Positions 43,072 through 52,197 of a stretch of DNA of 57,981 nt are shown piece after piece (within the stretch, counting starts at the first letter, position 1; every line of letters begins with the position of its first letter). Source of the stretch: a virus (taxonomy: Duplodnaviria; Caudoviricetes). The stretch is taken from positions 1 to 57,981 of IMG/VR virus record IMGVR_UViG_3300024960_000061; one strand, written 5' to 3'. Made by a program: the position numbers and the translations under genes. The notes under the pieces are model-generated. The model was not told the DNA's origin and did no database searches. It saw only the letters and a list, made by a program, of their open reading frames with translations.

Positions 43072-43970
43072 GAGCGGATTCTGTAGCGATCCCGCGCTGG
43101 AGGTCCAGAAGGTGCCGCGTCTCGGCGTTTCTCGACGTACCCCTGTCCGCCGCACGGCTTGCACGTCAGGTCCCATCCATCGCACGCACCGCAGCGCACC
43201 CATTCGATCTCTCCCTCCCAGACGTCGGCCGCGCGCAACGTCAACGTCCGCCCGCTGGTGGTGGTGGCCTCGAGCACCAGCCGCGAGGGAAGAACCTTCC
43301 AGCGCACGCGAGTATCGGCGTTGGCGAACCGCAGTCCCACCTCGCGATAGAGCGCGCGCAGTCCATCGGCGAGGGTGCCCTCCCGCTGAAGCCAAGTGAG
43401 CACCGCGCGCATGGCGGGGTCGAAGTCCGTCAGATCGCGGATGCGATCACACGCACCGGACCCGAGCGCGGCTGGCGCGAAGGTGCTGGCGAACGCCCCC
43501 GGGAGGATCGCAGGCGTCACGACCGAGGTCTGCACCCGAATCCGGGCGGCGAGCGGACCGGGGATCGGAGCGCCGCTCTCGGTACGATCGGCCGATTTGG
43601 GCGAGACGCCATCCGCTGCCCACCCAAGCGGCCCACCACGGTCGGGTCGCAGCTCGGTGAGAAGTCGGCGCGCGCGCACAAGCTCGGGGTCTTCCACGTG
43701 CGTCACCCGCTCGACCGGAGCGACGCTCGAGGGGCGCAGCCGGGCTTCGTCGGCGACCTGCACCCGCGCGTCGGGCTGCGCGCCAGGTCGTGACGCGCGC
43801 CGTGGCGCTGGCGCTTCGACAGTCGGCGCCGCGGGAAGCAGCGCGGGCCGCTCGATGACGGCCTCCGTCGGGCCGTACGCCTCGCCGCACTCGGGGCAGG
43901 TGGCCTCGCGCCGCTCGCGCTGCACCAGCACGATCGTAGGCATACAACATCGCGTAATCGGCTCACCCAT
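43068..43970 (-). CDS. Hypothetical protein with zinc ribbons
   Basis: CPECG at the N-terminus; CGAC...CKPCGGQG at the C-terminus. Confidence 0.55.
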   Translation of the reverse strand: MGEPITRCCMPTIVLVQRERREATCPECGEAYGPTEAVIERPALLPAAPTVEAPAPRRASRPGAQPDARVQVADEARLRPSSVAPVERVTHVEDPELVRARRLLTELRPDRGGPLGWAADGVSPKSADRTESGAPIPGPLAARIRVQTSVVTPAILPGAFASTFAPAALGSGACDRIRDLTDFDPAMRAVLTWLQREGTLADGLRALYREVGLRFANADTRVRWKVLPSRLVLEATTTSGRTLTLRAADVWEGEIEWVRCGACDGWDLTCKPCGGQGYVEKRRDAAPSGPPARDRYRIRS

Positions 43971-44734
43971 CAGCTGCTCCCTACCGGCGGCGGTTCGTTG
44001 AACGTGTGGACATGCGCCGGGAGCTTCGCGTTGCGCGCGAACCCCAGCGTGACGAGCGCGCTGGTGACGCCCTGCGGCTCCGCCAGGTCGTGCAGGACCT
44101 CCACGGCGACCGGCCTCCCCTGGCGCGCCCGCGTGGCGACGGCGCGCACCATCGCGCTGTCGCGGGTCATCGGCCAGCTACGCCAGTGCGGCGCCTTCGA
44201 CGACGGCACCTCCGCGGACTTCGCCCAGCGGCCGATCACGGCGCCGTCGACGTCGACGATGGTCCCGTCGAGGCGGTAGACGGCGCAGCGCACCGGCCGC
44301 TTAATGCGCTGCACCTCCTCCAGCGCCCATGTGCCGGGCCCGGGCGCGTCCGCGACGACGACGGTCTCGGCGAAGTCGACGATGCACTCCACCAGGTGGC
44401 GCGCCCACGTCTCCGCGCCGGGCCGCTGTACCAGCGTCGTCGAGCCGGTGAGCAGCGTCAGGTACTCCGGGGGCTCGTCGAAGCCCTCGGTCGGCGGCGC
44501 ACGGGCAATGACCAGCGCCGCGCATGCGGGGCAGTGATCGACGCCAGCACCCGCGGACACCGCGCACCCACGGCACAACGGGGCGTCGCAGGTGCGCTTG
44601 CGACCGGGCATCTGGCCGTCGCAGAGCAGCTCGGCGCCACGTCGCCCGCACACCGAGCAGGAGCGCCGACGCACCCCTCGGGTGCAGACGATCGCCATGC
44701 CCCCGCCGGGGAGGTCCATGCGCTCACAGGGCAT
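43970..44734 (-). CDS. Zinc-finger plus SLOG/DUF2493-like fusion
   Basis: Cys cluster CSVC..LCD..TCDAPLC..C..DHCP; LLTGS, VVVADAPGP, RDSAMV resemble SLOG motifs. Confidence 0.5.
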   Translation of the reverse strand: MPCERMDLPGGGMAIVCTRGVRRRSCSVCGRRGAELLCDGQMPGRKRTCDAPLCRGCAVSAGAGVDHCPACAALVIARAPPTEGFDEPPEYLTLLTGSTTLVQRPGAETWARHLVECIVDFAETVVVADAPGPGTWALEEVQRIKRPVRCAVYRLDGTIVDVDGAVIGRWAKSAEVPSSKAPHWRSWPMTRDSAMVRAVATRARQGRPVAVEVLHDLAEPQGVTSALVTLGFARNAKLPAHVHTFNEPPPVGSS

Positions 44735-44814
44735 CGCGGCCGCCCTCCTCGCGCACGCGCGTTAGGTCCCCGATCGCGGGGGAGAGCCCATCCCGCCCCG
44801 CTCTGCCCCCTCTG

Positions 44815-44965
44815 CCTGGAACGCCCTGGAACGCCCTGGAACGCCACGCTGCCGGTCCGTTGTCAGCCGTTGTCAGCAGACCCCTCCGATGCTGACAACG
44901 GTCGAAACCGCGAGCAGAACAGGGGTTCTCACTAGCCGTTGTCAGCAGTGTCAGCATTGTCAGCA
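44815..44965. repeat. Iteron-like repeat cluster
   Basis: CCTGGAACGC x3 (44815-44844); TGTCAGC x6 including a 12-bp inverted pair (44867-44878 / 44890-44901). Confidence 0.8.
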
Positions 44966-45177
44966 CCCCTCACAGCGTCCGTTGCAGCAACGACCATCAC
45001 GGCCAGCTCAAGCGCCCGGCGGACGCGGTGGGGCGCGGCGGGGTCGCCCTGGATCAGGTCGAGCGCGCGGGCGGCCTGGGGCTGCTCGAGCACCGCCAGG
45101 GCGAGGCCCCGGATGGTGGCCTCGGCGAGCTGGCCGTCGGCGGCCTCGCGCAGGACCTGGAGGGCCCACGTCCCCAC
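44932..45177 (-). CDS. Small helical ORF, possibly a detached integrase C-terminal tail
   Basis: LALAVL...ALDL...RRALELAV; frame stays open up to 45285, across the att core. Confidence 0.45.
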   Translation of the reverse strand: MGTWALQVLREAADGQLAEATIRGLALAVLEQPQAARALDLIQGDPAAPHRVRRALELAVMVVAATDAVRGADNADTADNG

Positions 45178-46565
45178 GACGTCCCCAGAACGGGGGTAAG
45201 CGGGCGTAACGACAGAGTCGACCTCCCCCCTACGGATCTGGGGGTTGGAAGTTCGACCCTTCCCGGGCGCGCAAGTAGTTTTCGATCACCCGGGGGGGTG
45301 GCGTGGGACAAAAGGTTTGTCCCACGCGGGGCCGTCTGGGCGGCCTTCCGGTGGAGGTGATCGGACGAGAGGTGTGCGTACCTCTCGGTCACCTCGGTGT
45401 CGCTGTGCCCAAGGAAGGTCGCGATTTCCGAGAGCGACCACTGGACGCCCCAGGTGCCCATGATCAGGTGCGACGCGCAGGTGTGCCGCAGGTCGTGGAA
45501 GCGTACGGGCCGACCGAGCCCCAGGCGCTTCGAGTAGCCCTCCTGGCGGACGTTCTCCCGCACGCGGGTGCCGTCGGCTTCCTTCCGCACCTTGAGGAGG
45601 TGGTAGTCAGCCCAGCGCGCGTCGTCGCTGCGCCCCCGGCGCCCGCCGCGGGACGTGGGGAACACCAGGCCCTCCTTCGAGGTCGGTGCGATCTCCTTCC
45701 ACCGGGTCAGGAACTCCAGTGCAGGTCCGAGCAGCGGAACGGGGCGGCTCTTCCCATTCTTCGGGGGACCCTTGTGGCTGAACTTCACGATGACCTCCGG
45801 GCGCGCGGCGTTGAGATGCACGTCCACCCAGTGCAGGCCCCAGATCTCCCCCTGCCGCAGACCCGAGTACGCGGCGAAGAGGTAGACGAGGCGGTTGGCC
45901 TCGGGGATCGTCGTCGAGGCCTCCAGGCGCGCGAGCTCGTCAAGGGTCAGGTAGGTGCCGACCTCGTTGCCTCGCTGGCGCCGCCCCCGGACGTGGACGT
46001 CGCTGGCGGGGTTCGAGCTCAGCAGGCCCTTCTCCCGGGCGCCTTCCAGCATCTGCCGCAGCTGCGACAGCACCTTCGAGACGGTGTCGCGGGAGAGCTT
46101 CCGGCTCGATGGGGCGTGGCTTCTCTCCCCGCCCTTCGTCGCGACCAGCGCGGGCTTGAGCATCATCGCGCTCAGCCAGGCTCGCACGTCGGACTCGGCG
46201 ATGGCGTCGAGGGCGAGCGCGGCGAGGGGCGTCTCGGCGATGTGGCAGTCCCACTGCGACCGGAGAGTGTCGATGGAGCGGAGGTCTCCGAGCTTCTCCT
46301 GCTCGTCCAACCAGCGTGCCCCGAAACGCCGGAGGCTGTCCTCTTCGGGGCGGCACTGCGCCGCCGCGTGGTGCAGCACTGCGAGCGTCGCTCGCTGGCG
46401 CTCGGCATCCTCCCGGGCGGCGAAGGTGTCCCCGACCTTCTTCTCTCCGACCCACACCCGTACCCTGAACCGCCCCGAGGGCAGTGTTTCCACCGACCCC
46501 ACTCCCTCGCGGTCCCTGGCAGGACCCCGGACTCGCCGATCCTTGTTTCTCGCGAGCTCTCCCAT
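45054..46565 (-). CDS. int: Tyrosine integrase reading through the att core
   Basis: SGLRQGE, KNGKSR, FHDLRHT, LGHSD..VTERYAHL; continues ARPGRVELPT (antisense tRNA). Confidence 0.92.
   Translation of the reverse strand: MGELARNKDRRVRGPARDREGVGSVETLPSGRFRVRVWVGEKKVGDTFAAREDAERQRATLAVLHHAAAQCRPEEDSLRRFGARWLDEQEKLGDLRSIDTLRSQWDCHIAETPLAALALDAIAESDVRAWLSAMMLKPALVATKGGERSHAPSSRKLSRDTVSKVLSQLRQMLEGAREKGLLSSNPASDVHVRGRRQRGNEVGTYLTLDELARLEASTTIPEANRLVYLFAAYSGLRQGEIWGLHWVDVHLNAARPEVIVKFSHKGPPKNGKSRPVPLLGPALEFLTRWKEIAPTSKEGLVFPTSRGGRRGRSDDARWADYHLLKVRKEADGTRVRENVRQEGYSKRLGLGRPVRFHDLRHTCASHLIMGTWGVQWSLSEIATFLGHSDTEVTERYAHLSSDHLHRKAAQTAPRGTNLLSHATPPGDRKLLARPGRVELPTPRSVGGRSTLSLRPLTPVLGTSWGRGPSRSCARPPTASSPRPPSGASPWRCSSSPRPPARST
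45230..45273 (+). tRNA. 3' half of tRNA-Arg(ACG) = att core (not a complete tRNA)
   Basis: CTACGGA anticodon loop, T-arm GGAAG-TTCGACC-CTTCC, acceptor 3' strand CGGGCGC-G; no matching 5' half upstream. Confidence 0.8.
45301..45327. repeat. 12-bp perfect inverted repeat (possible integrase arm sites / post-tRNA hairpin)
   Basis: GCGTGGGACAAA-agg-TTTGTCCCACGC; related GTCCCCA repeats at 45170-45187. Confidence 0.65.
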
Positions 46566-46722
46566 GGCCTCGACCCTCTCTTCGCGACCCCACCTGTGGG
46601 GGTACGCACGACGGACGTCACTGTACACATCTGAAACAGCGGGAAAACAAGGCGATGCCCTGTGTCCTGCCCGGACGACACCACGGCGGACACCAGCAAC
46701 ATTCGCGGACCTTGGTGCGAGT

Positions 46723-49134
46723 TCAACCCCGGTCGAACGGGTCGATGTCCGAGGGGAACTCGGCCACCTCGTCGGACGACCCACCCGGTAGCACGCCTTC
46801 GGGATGCGCCGACGTCCCGCTCGTCGCCAGGGCGTTCGTGCTCGGAGGTGTCTCCTCTCCGAGGGCATCGAGGCGCACCGCCCACGCGTCAGGCTGAGAC
46901 CCGTCGGCGGTGCGAACCGGAACGGCGATCCTGGCGCGCGCCGTGCCCAGGCTGGTCTTCGCGAGGCAGCCGAGCGCATGGAGTGCCTTCCCCATCGCCG
47001 AAGTGTCTCCACCCAGTTCGCGGCCCTGACGCTTCGACTCCAAGCGAGCGGCCGCCAGGGCCGGTCCCGGCAGGAGATAGAGCACGCCCGGAGACTCATG
47101 GTGGTGGTAGCCGACGCAATCGCCCCGGGGCCGTGCCTCGTCGCCCTGGAGCTCGTAGCCCCACGCGTGGGCGTCCGCCGGAGGCACCGTCCGCCGTGCC
47201 TTGTGTGCCCCGTGAAGCACGATGGCCGGCGTGTGTGCGCGCCCCGAGCCGATCGCGTCGAGGACTAGGCTGAGCAGGCGTCGTCCAACGTCCTCGTCAG
47301 CGACCCGCGTGCGGTGCGCGCTGGCGACCGACTGCAGCGCCCACATCATGCGCTTCCGGTGCTGCTCGACCTCCGCGGCGGGCACGCCGAACGCCGTGAA
47401 GAAGCGCAGCAGGCTCTCGGCACCGAGGGCGAGGCCGCCCATCAGATCGGCGGTCCGATCGCGGATTTCGAAGCCGAAGCGCAGCGCCGCTGCCCTTTCT
47501 TCAGCAATCGCGCGCGGTCGGAGATCTCCGATCTGGGACGCAAGCCACTGGATGTAGAGGGCCATCCCGGAGCTCAACTCGCCAGCGGTTGCGCGTGCGT
47601 CGAGGTCCGCCACGTTCGGGGGGAGCGGCCCGTCGAAGCCGACGGTGGAGATGCGGTTGATCGTGGAGGCGGTGTCGCCCTTGGGGTCGATCTCGCCGAC
47701 GGAGAGCAGGTCGCACCGCGACTCGGGGAGGGCCCGCGTGCCGCCGTCGCGGCGCCCCCGTGCTGCCGACGACTCATTGAAGTGCGCCCGCAGGATCGCA
47801 TCGACGCGCTGGGCCGGGACGGTCGATCTGAGGTCGTCAATGAAGAACACCGCGTCGCCTGCGCCCGCCAGCAGCGGATACGTCCCCGCCGGACTCCCTT
47901 CCCACGAACCGGGTGGGTGGGTCCGGTCCATTGCCCCACCGAAAAGACGCTGGACGAGGCTTGCCAGGAGGGTCTTGCCGACGCCGCTCGCCCCGGTCAC
48001 ATGAACCGCGCAGCGCGATCCGCCCAGCGGCGCGTGGAACGCCAGGGCCACCATCGGAACGATGACCGTCGCCGGCTCCAGCGAGACGAGGTCCACGAGG
48101 GCGCGGATCGCGGGCGCCACCCCGGTGCCGGTCGGTGGCGCGGGCAGCACGTAGTGGCGGAGGGCCGGCGGGGGGACCGCCACCAGCTCCGCCACCGGAC
48201 CCGCAGCGCCGATCGCGCCGCCAGCGTGGAGGTACACCTGCTCGCCGTGGTGCTCGACCCACCCGAGGTAGCCGTACTGGCGGCGGCTGACGGTCACGCC
48301 TCGAGACGCCGCCGCGATCGCCCGGCGGAGGTGTCCATCTGTCGAGGATCCGGGGCCACGGTCTGCGCCTTCCGTTCCGAGCACCCTGGCCATCCAGTCC
48401 ATCGAGTCGAGGGACGCTGCGGGGATGACGACGTAGCGGGGCGTCGCGTCTCCAGCGACGCACACCGACATTCGGAGAGCGAGGTCGGCCGGTGCGTCGG
48501 GCGCTTCCCGCCGTTCGATCTGCTCCACGATGACGGCGGAGAACTCGGCGAGGCTCGTGGTCGTCAAGCGGCCGTCGGGGCGCTGCTCCGTGAGCAGCGT
48601 GCGCCCGGGGCGGATCGTGTACTGATGGGGCCCGCGGGTGACGTCGGCGTAGTGGACGCGCCGGTCGGGATCCGCCGCGCGCTCGGCCTCGAGCGCCGCC
48701 GCGGCGGCCTCCTGAACGGCGTCCAAGGCGGCGCGGTGCTCCGCAGATGCTCGCTGCGTGTGTTCGCGCTCGGCGGCCTTCTGGCGCCTATCCTCGGCGG
48801 AGAGAGCGCCGTCCAGATCCTTCATCGCTAGGCCGGCCGCCTTGAGTGCCGATCGCACCTGGGCGAACCGACGCCAGCCCTCCATTCGCAGCTGGTGGAG
48901 GAAGCGCACGTTCAGCGGGTCGAGGGCCAGCGTTGCGTCGCCGGTCGTCCGAACCAGCTCGAGCAGATCCTCCACCGGATCGGGAACGCCAACGTGCTCG
49001 GCCCGGCGGACGGTGCGTGCCGCCTCCGCGTCGGCCTCGGCACCGAAATACTCGACGATGCCACTGCCCGGGGCCTCAGACCGCATTCCCTTGGCTGAAC
49101 CGTTGGTCGTCGCCCGGTCTTCATTTCGCTCCAC
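46723..49134 (-). CDS. DUF927-like P-loop replicative helicase
   Basis: YGYLGW, YLHAGGAIG, Walker A GASGVGKT, FFIDD; start uncertain. Confidence 0.75.
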   Translation of the reverse strand: MERNEDRATTNGSAKGMRSEAPGSGIVEYFGAEADAEAARTVRRAEHVGVPDPVEDLLELVRTTGDATLALDPLNVRFLHQLRMEGWRRFAQVRSALKAAGLAMKDLDGALSAEDRRQKAAEREHTQRASAEHRAALDAVQEAAAAALEAERAADPDRRVHYADVTRGPHQYTIRPGRTLLTEQRPDGRLTTTSLAEFSAVIVEQIERREAPDAPADLALRMSVCVAGDATPRYVVIPAASLDSMDWMARVLGTEGADRGPGSSTDGHLRRAIAAASRGVTVSRRQYGYLGWVEHHGEQVYLHAGGAIGAAGPVAELVAVPPPALRHYVLPAPPTGTGVAPAIRALVDLVSLEPATVIVPMVALAFHAPLGGSRCAVHVTGASGVGKTLLASLVQRLFGGAMDRTHPPGSWEGSPAGTYPLLAGAGDAVFFIDDLRSTVPAQRVDAILRAHFNESSAARGRRDGGTRALPESRCDLLSVGEIDPKGDTASTINRISTVGFDGPLPPNVADLDARATAGELSSGMALYIQWLASQIGDLRPRAIAEERAAALRFGFEIRDRTADLMGGLALGAESLLRFFTAFGVPAAEVEQHRKRMMWALQSVASAHRTRVADEDVGRRLLSLVLDAIGSGRAHTPAIVLHGAHKARRTVPPADAHAWGYELQGDEARPRGDCVGYHHHESPGVLYLLPGPALAAARLESKRQGRELGGDTSAMGKALHALGCLAKTSLGTARARIAVPVRTADGSQPDAWAVRLDALGEETPPSTNALATSGTSAHPEGVLPGGSSDEVAEFPSDIDPFDRG

Positions 49135-50170
49135 AATCCACCTCGCCACGGCGCTGAGCCGCGAGAAAGTCGTCCAGACCCTTCCATCGGGGATCCCATC
49201 GCCAGACACCGGCGTCGGGGTCTACGTGCGCGCGCAGGGCGTTGAGGAGTGCCTGCTCTGTGCGGGCGACGACGGGGTTCGTGCTGGCGTCTGCATCGAA
49301 CGCGATCACGACGCGGCGCGCCCCCCAGAACTTCAGCAGATCCATGATGGGACCCCACGCCTGGACCCCGGGGATCGACACTACCGGCGAGCCGAGCAGC
49401 GCCGTCGCGACGTCTGCCTTCAGCTCGCCCTCGGTAACGACGAGCCGCTCGGCGCCGACGTCGCGCATCGCCTGCGCGGCGAGCGGAACGTGCGGCGCAG
49501 CGGACGCGGAAGGTCCGCCGTGGCTTCGGCTGGTGATGTACTGATAACGGTTCCCGTCACATGGGTCCGGCCGGCGCACCTTGAGCGCCACGATGCGGTC
49601 CTCGGGATTCCGCACCGGGATGAGCAGCCCCGGCCAGCCACCGAGCGACCACCACCCTTGGCCATCGGCAGTGCGCCACACGATGCCCGGCACGCCCGAG
49701 GCGACCTCCGCGCCCACGGCATCGACCACGGCGCGCGCTACCCGCGCCCGACCCGTCGTCGAGAGGGTGCGATATCCGTTCGTGTCGATCGCCGCGTCGT
49801 CGAGCCCCCGGCGGCGGAGGGCGTCCCGATCGACGTCGTTCAGGCGAAGCGCGGCGAGTGCGGCGCGGTACGCCCGGTCCACGTCCTCGATCTTCGCGTG
49901 CGTGATGGTCGGCGTCGGGGCGACGGCGACCGGCCTCTGCGGGCGTCCGCCGAAGTGATGGATGTGGAACTCCACGCCCGCCCGGTTGATTCGTGCCCGA
50001 CCCGATGCGATCCGCTTACAGAGGATGGTAAGACCGTCCCGCGCGACCTGGCACCAGCTGCCTCCGCCGCACACGGGACATCGCCGCGACGACGACACGT
50101 CGGACCACGGACGGCCTCCCACGCGCGCCTGTCCTGCGGCGTCCCTGAGGGCCTCCTTCAGGCGACCCAT
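49121..50170 (-). CDS. DUF3854/TOPRIM-type primase with N-terminal Zn finger
   Basis: CPVCG..WC, VTEGELKAD, IAFDAD, KGLDDFL. Confidence 0.85.
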   Translation of the reverse strand: MGRLKEALRDAAGQARVGGRPWSDVSSSRRCPVCGGGSWCQVARDGLTILCKRIASGRARINRAGVEFHIHHFGGRPQRPVAVAPTPTITHAKIEDVDRAYRAALAALRLNDVDRDALRRRGLDDAAIDTNGYRTLSTTGRARVARAVVDAVGAEVASGVPGIVWRTADGQGWWSLGGWPGLLIPVRNPEDRIVALKVRRPDPCDGNRYQYITSRSHGGPSASAAPHVPLAAQAMRDVGAERLVVTEGELKADVATALLGSPVVSIPGVQAWGPIMDLLKFWGARRVVIAFDADASTNPVVARTEQALLNALRAHVDPDAGVWRWDPRWKGLDDFLAAQRRGEVDCGAK

Positions 50171-50336
50171 CGGACTGCTCCACACGGCAGCGACGCGCTG
50201 AGCACCCGTGCCGTCCCACCGTGTGCGGAGCACGACGCGTGACGGGGACGTTGAGAGCCTCGTCGCGGGCGAGGCAGGGACCCGAGAGGCCCAGACCTAC
50301 CTTGGGCGAGCGAGGCAGTCGTGAACGCCGTCGAGT

Positions 50337-50696
50337 TCATCGGGACGCCTTCCGCAGAGCCCGTGCGCGCGCACGGGTCACCGCATCGACCGACTCGTGG
50401 GTGACGATCGCCTGCGACGACGCCGCCCTCAGAGCGGCCCTCCCGCGGGACAGGTCCTCCTCGACGAAGCCCGCGCGCTTCAGGAGCACGTCCACCCGTG
50501 CCAGTTCCTCCGACGTGGCGGCGTCGTAAAGGGCCCGGTCGTGCGGCGTAGGCGCGGGCGGAAGAACGCGCGCTGGGGCTCGCTGTGCCGCCCGCTGTGC
50601 GGCGAGCTCTCGCCGCAGCAGATCCACGAGGCGCCGGCTCTGTGCTTCGTCGAGCGCTCGGGCGACACCGCGACTCTGGGTTCCGCGCGCGCTCAT
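50337..50696 (-). CDS. Hypothetical protein
   Basis: ATGA-coupled ORF upstream of the primase. Confidence 0.45.
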   Translation of the reverse strand: MSARGTQSRGVARALDEAQSRRLVDLLRRELAAQRAAQRAPARVLPPAPTPHDRALYDAATSEELARVDVLLKRAGFVEEDLSRGRAALRAASSQAIVTHESVDAVTRARARALRKASR

Positions 50697-51098
50697 CGAC
50701 ACCTCCGGCCGGGCTCGTCTCCGGGCGCCTGGTCGTCGCGACGCGCCGTCCATCCACCCCTGTGCGGAGCGCCGCCGCGACCGGGCCACGTCGGCGGTAG
50801 GCAGGGCCGCCCAGAGCGGTCCGCATCATCGGTAGCGGCCATCCGCCGTGTCGGAGCGGACGCCCGCAGGACGCAACGCTGCGACGGGCGCGGCCTCGCT
50901 CGTCGACGGGAATCATCCCGCCCATGAGAGGACTCAGCGACGCACGACGCGTCCAGACGGTCGTCCTGCTGTGCGTGTTCCGGCTCGCGCAGGCCATGGT
51001 GTGCCAGCGCCCAGCGGGCTCGCAGCCCGCGAAGCATCGTCGATTCCATCGTCGCGACTCCCGACGACCTGGGGCGAACCCCGCGGCCGCCCACAGGT

Positions 51099-51407
51099 TC
51101 AGGCGGTTCCGAGGTCCTCGATCGGCGCGTTCACCATCGAAACGCCGGCGGTCGTCCCGCGGTGCGCGTCGGCGGCCGCGGACGTCACGCCAGTGCCGCT
51201 GCCCTCGACAGCCGCCAGCCGCCCGGCGGACGCGAGGAGGGCGGCGGCGGTCATCGCCAGCACGGGCGCGCCGGAGAGCGCGCGGTACACGCTCTGGGGG
51301 CTACGGACCTGCGCGTCGTCGCAGACTGCCTGGGCGCCGAGGCGCGCGACGACTGCCTGCAGAACAGCCCGCTCGTCGGCGGACAGCGTGATTCCTCTGA
51401 TCGCCAT
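51099..51407 (-). CDS. Small Cro/excisionase-like HTH protein
   Basis: LG.QAVCDDAQVRSPQSVYRALSG.PV; first gene after an AT-rich palindromic promoter region. Confidence 0.55.
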   Translation of the reverse strand: MAIRGITLSADERAVLQAVVARLGAQAVCDDAQVRSPQSVYRALSGAPVLAMTAAALLASAGRLAAVEGSGTGVTSAAADAHRGTTAGVSMVNAPIEDLGTA

Positions 51408-51449
51408 GGGTCAACCTCGCCTTCACGACGAGGGCTACCATTTATCGAT

Positions 51450-51471
51450 CAATAGACAAGTGCGTCTATTG
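51450..51471. promoter_or_regulatory. Operator-like palindrome overlapping the Fis-like gene stop
   Basis: CAATAGAC-N6-GTCTATTG perfect inverted repeat. Confidence 0.65.
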
Positions 51472-52197
51472 TTTTTTCTGGGACCCCTTCGATTTCCGAC
51501 CGCGCCGGACCAGGCCAGAGAGCCGCGCGCGCTCCAGGTCCTTTCCGAGGCCCAGGTCCTTGATCGTCCTCAGGACGACGGTGGTGCCAGCGAGGCCCAA
51601 CTCTTCGGCGGCGGCCGGCATGTTCCACTCGTGGCGATTCAGTACCTCGCGAAGCACCGCCCGACGCAACGCGGCGGACATGAGACTACCGAGGGCCAGG
51701 AGCTTGTTGCTGCCCATCGCCCTCAGATCCTGGCACTCGATCAGTTCGCCCAGTGCGTCGAGCATTGCTCCCGGTGCGAGATCCATGAACTTGAGCCGCC
51801 AGGAGGCTCCATCGTCGCCGCACACGGGCTCGTACTCCGGCATCTCCGTGGCCTGATGCAGGCGCGTCATGGCCTCGGCGACCCGGTCGGAGATTGCCGT
51901 CCGTGGTTCCGTTGGGGCGAGGTGGATCCGCATCGCGGGCAACTCGCGAGCTGCCAGCGCTCCCTCCTCGTCGTCGGGAGGAGCGAGCGCCGCGAAAACG
52001 ACCGTGGTTTGCTCGCGTAGGTAGCGCGCGAGTTCCCGTCGGCGGTCCACCGAGAGGCTCCAATCCGCCGAGTCTTCCAGCCGCCGGCGGCGATCGATCA
52101 TCTTCGACTTGGACCCCGCTCGGGCGACACCCGTCTTTCGTGAGCCCGAGCCCGGCTCAGCAACATGTCCAGCCATCGCATGTTTCGAGGCGCTCAC
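51466..52197 (-). CDS. Protein with C-terminal Fis-like HTH, copy 3
   Basis: VLREVLNRHEWNMPAAAEELGL...VLRTIKDLGL, similar to 429-701 and 21036-21326. Confidence 0.7.
   Translation of the reverse strand: MSASKHAMAGHVAEPGSGSRKTGVARAGSKSKMIDRRRRLEDSADWSLSVDRRRELARYLREQTTVVFAALAPPDDEEGALAARELPAMRIHLAPTEPRTAISDRVAEAMTRLHQATEMPEYEPVCGDDGASWRLKFMDLAPGAMLDALGELIECQDLRAMGSNKLLALGSLMSAALRRAVLREVLNRHEWNMPAAAEELGLAGTTVVLRTIKDLGLGKDLERARLSGLVRRGRKSKGSQKKQ

Larger units (their letters stand above)
1..45273. mobile_element. Mosaic prophage with contractile tail (myovirus); left end lies outside the window
   Basis: Complete ordered head-neck-tail-lysis gene set on the minus strand (9.1-38.6 kb), small early-type genes at left, tRNA-derived att core at 45230-45273. 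Confidence 0.88.
45274..52197 (-). mobile_element. Capsid-less integrative element (satellite/PICI-like core); right boundary not seen
   Basis: Integrase, helicase, primase, small coupled ORFs and HTH regulators next to the att core; no structural genes. Confidence 0.55.

Noticed and set aside
44815-44965. CRISPR-like array
   Set aside because: Repeats are 7-12 bp without unique ~30-bp spacers, and no cas genes are present.
45195-45273. Complete tRNA-Arg gene
   Set aside because: No 5' acceptor strand, D-arm or 5' anticodon stem pairing with the 3' half; treated as att core only.
46566-47099. N-terminal extension of the integrase in the ORF track
   Set aside because: Overlaps the helicase end; the ATG at 46565 has an RBS and begins the arm-binding-like domain.
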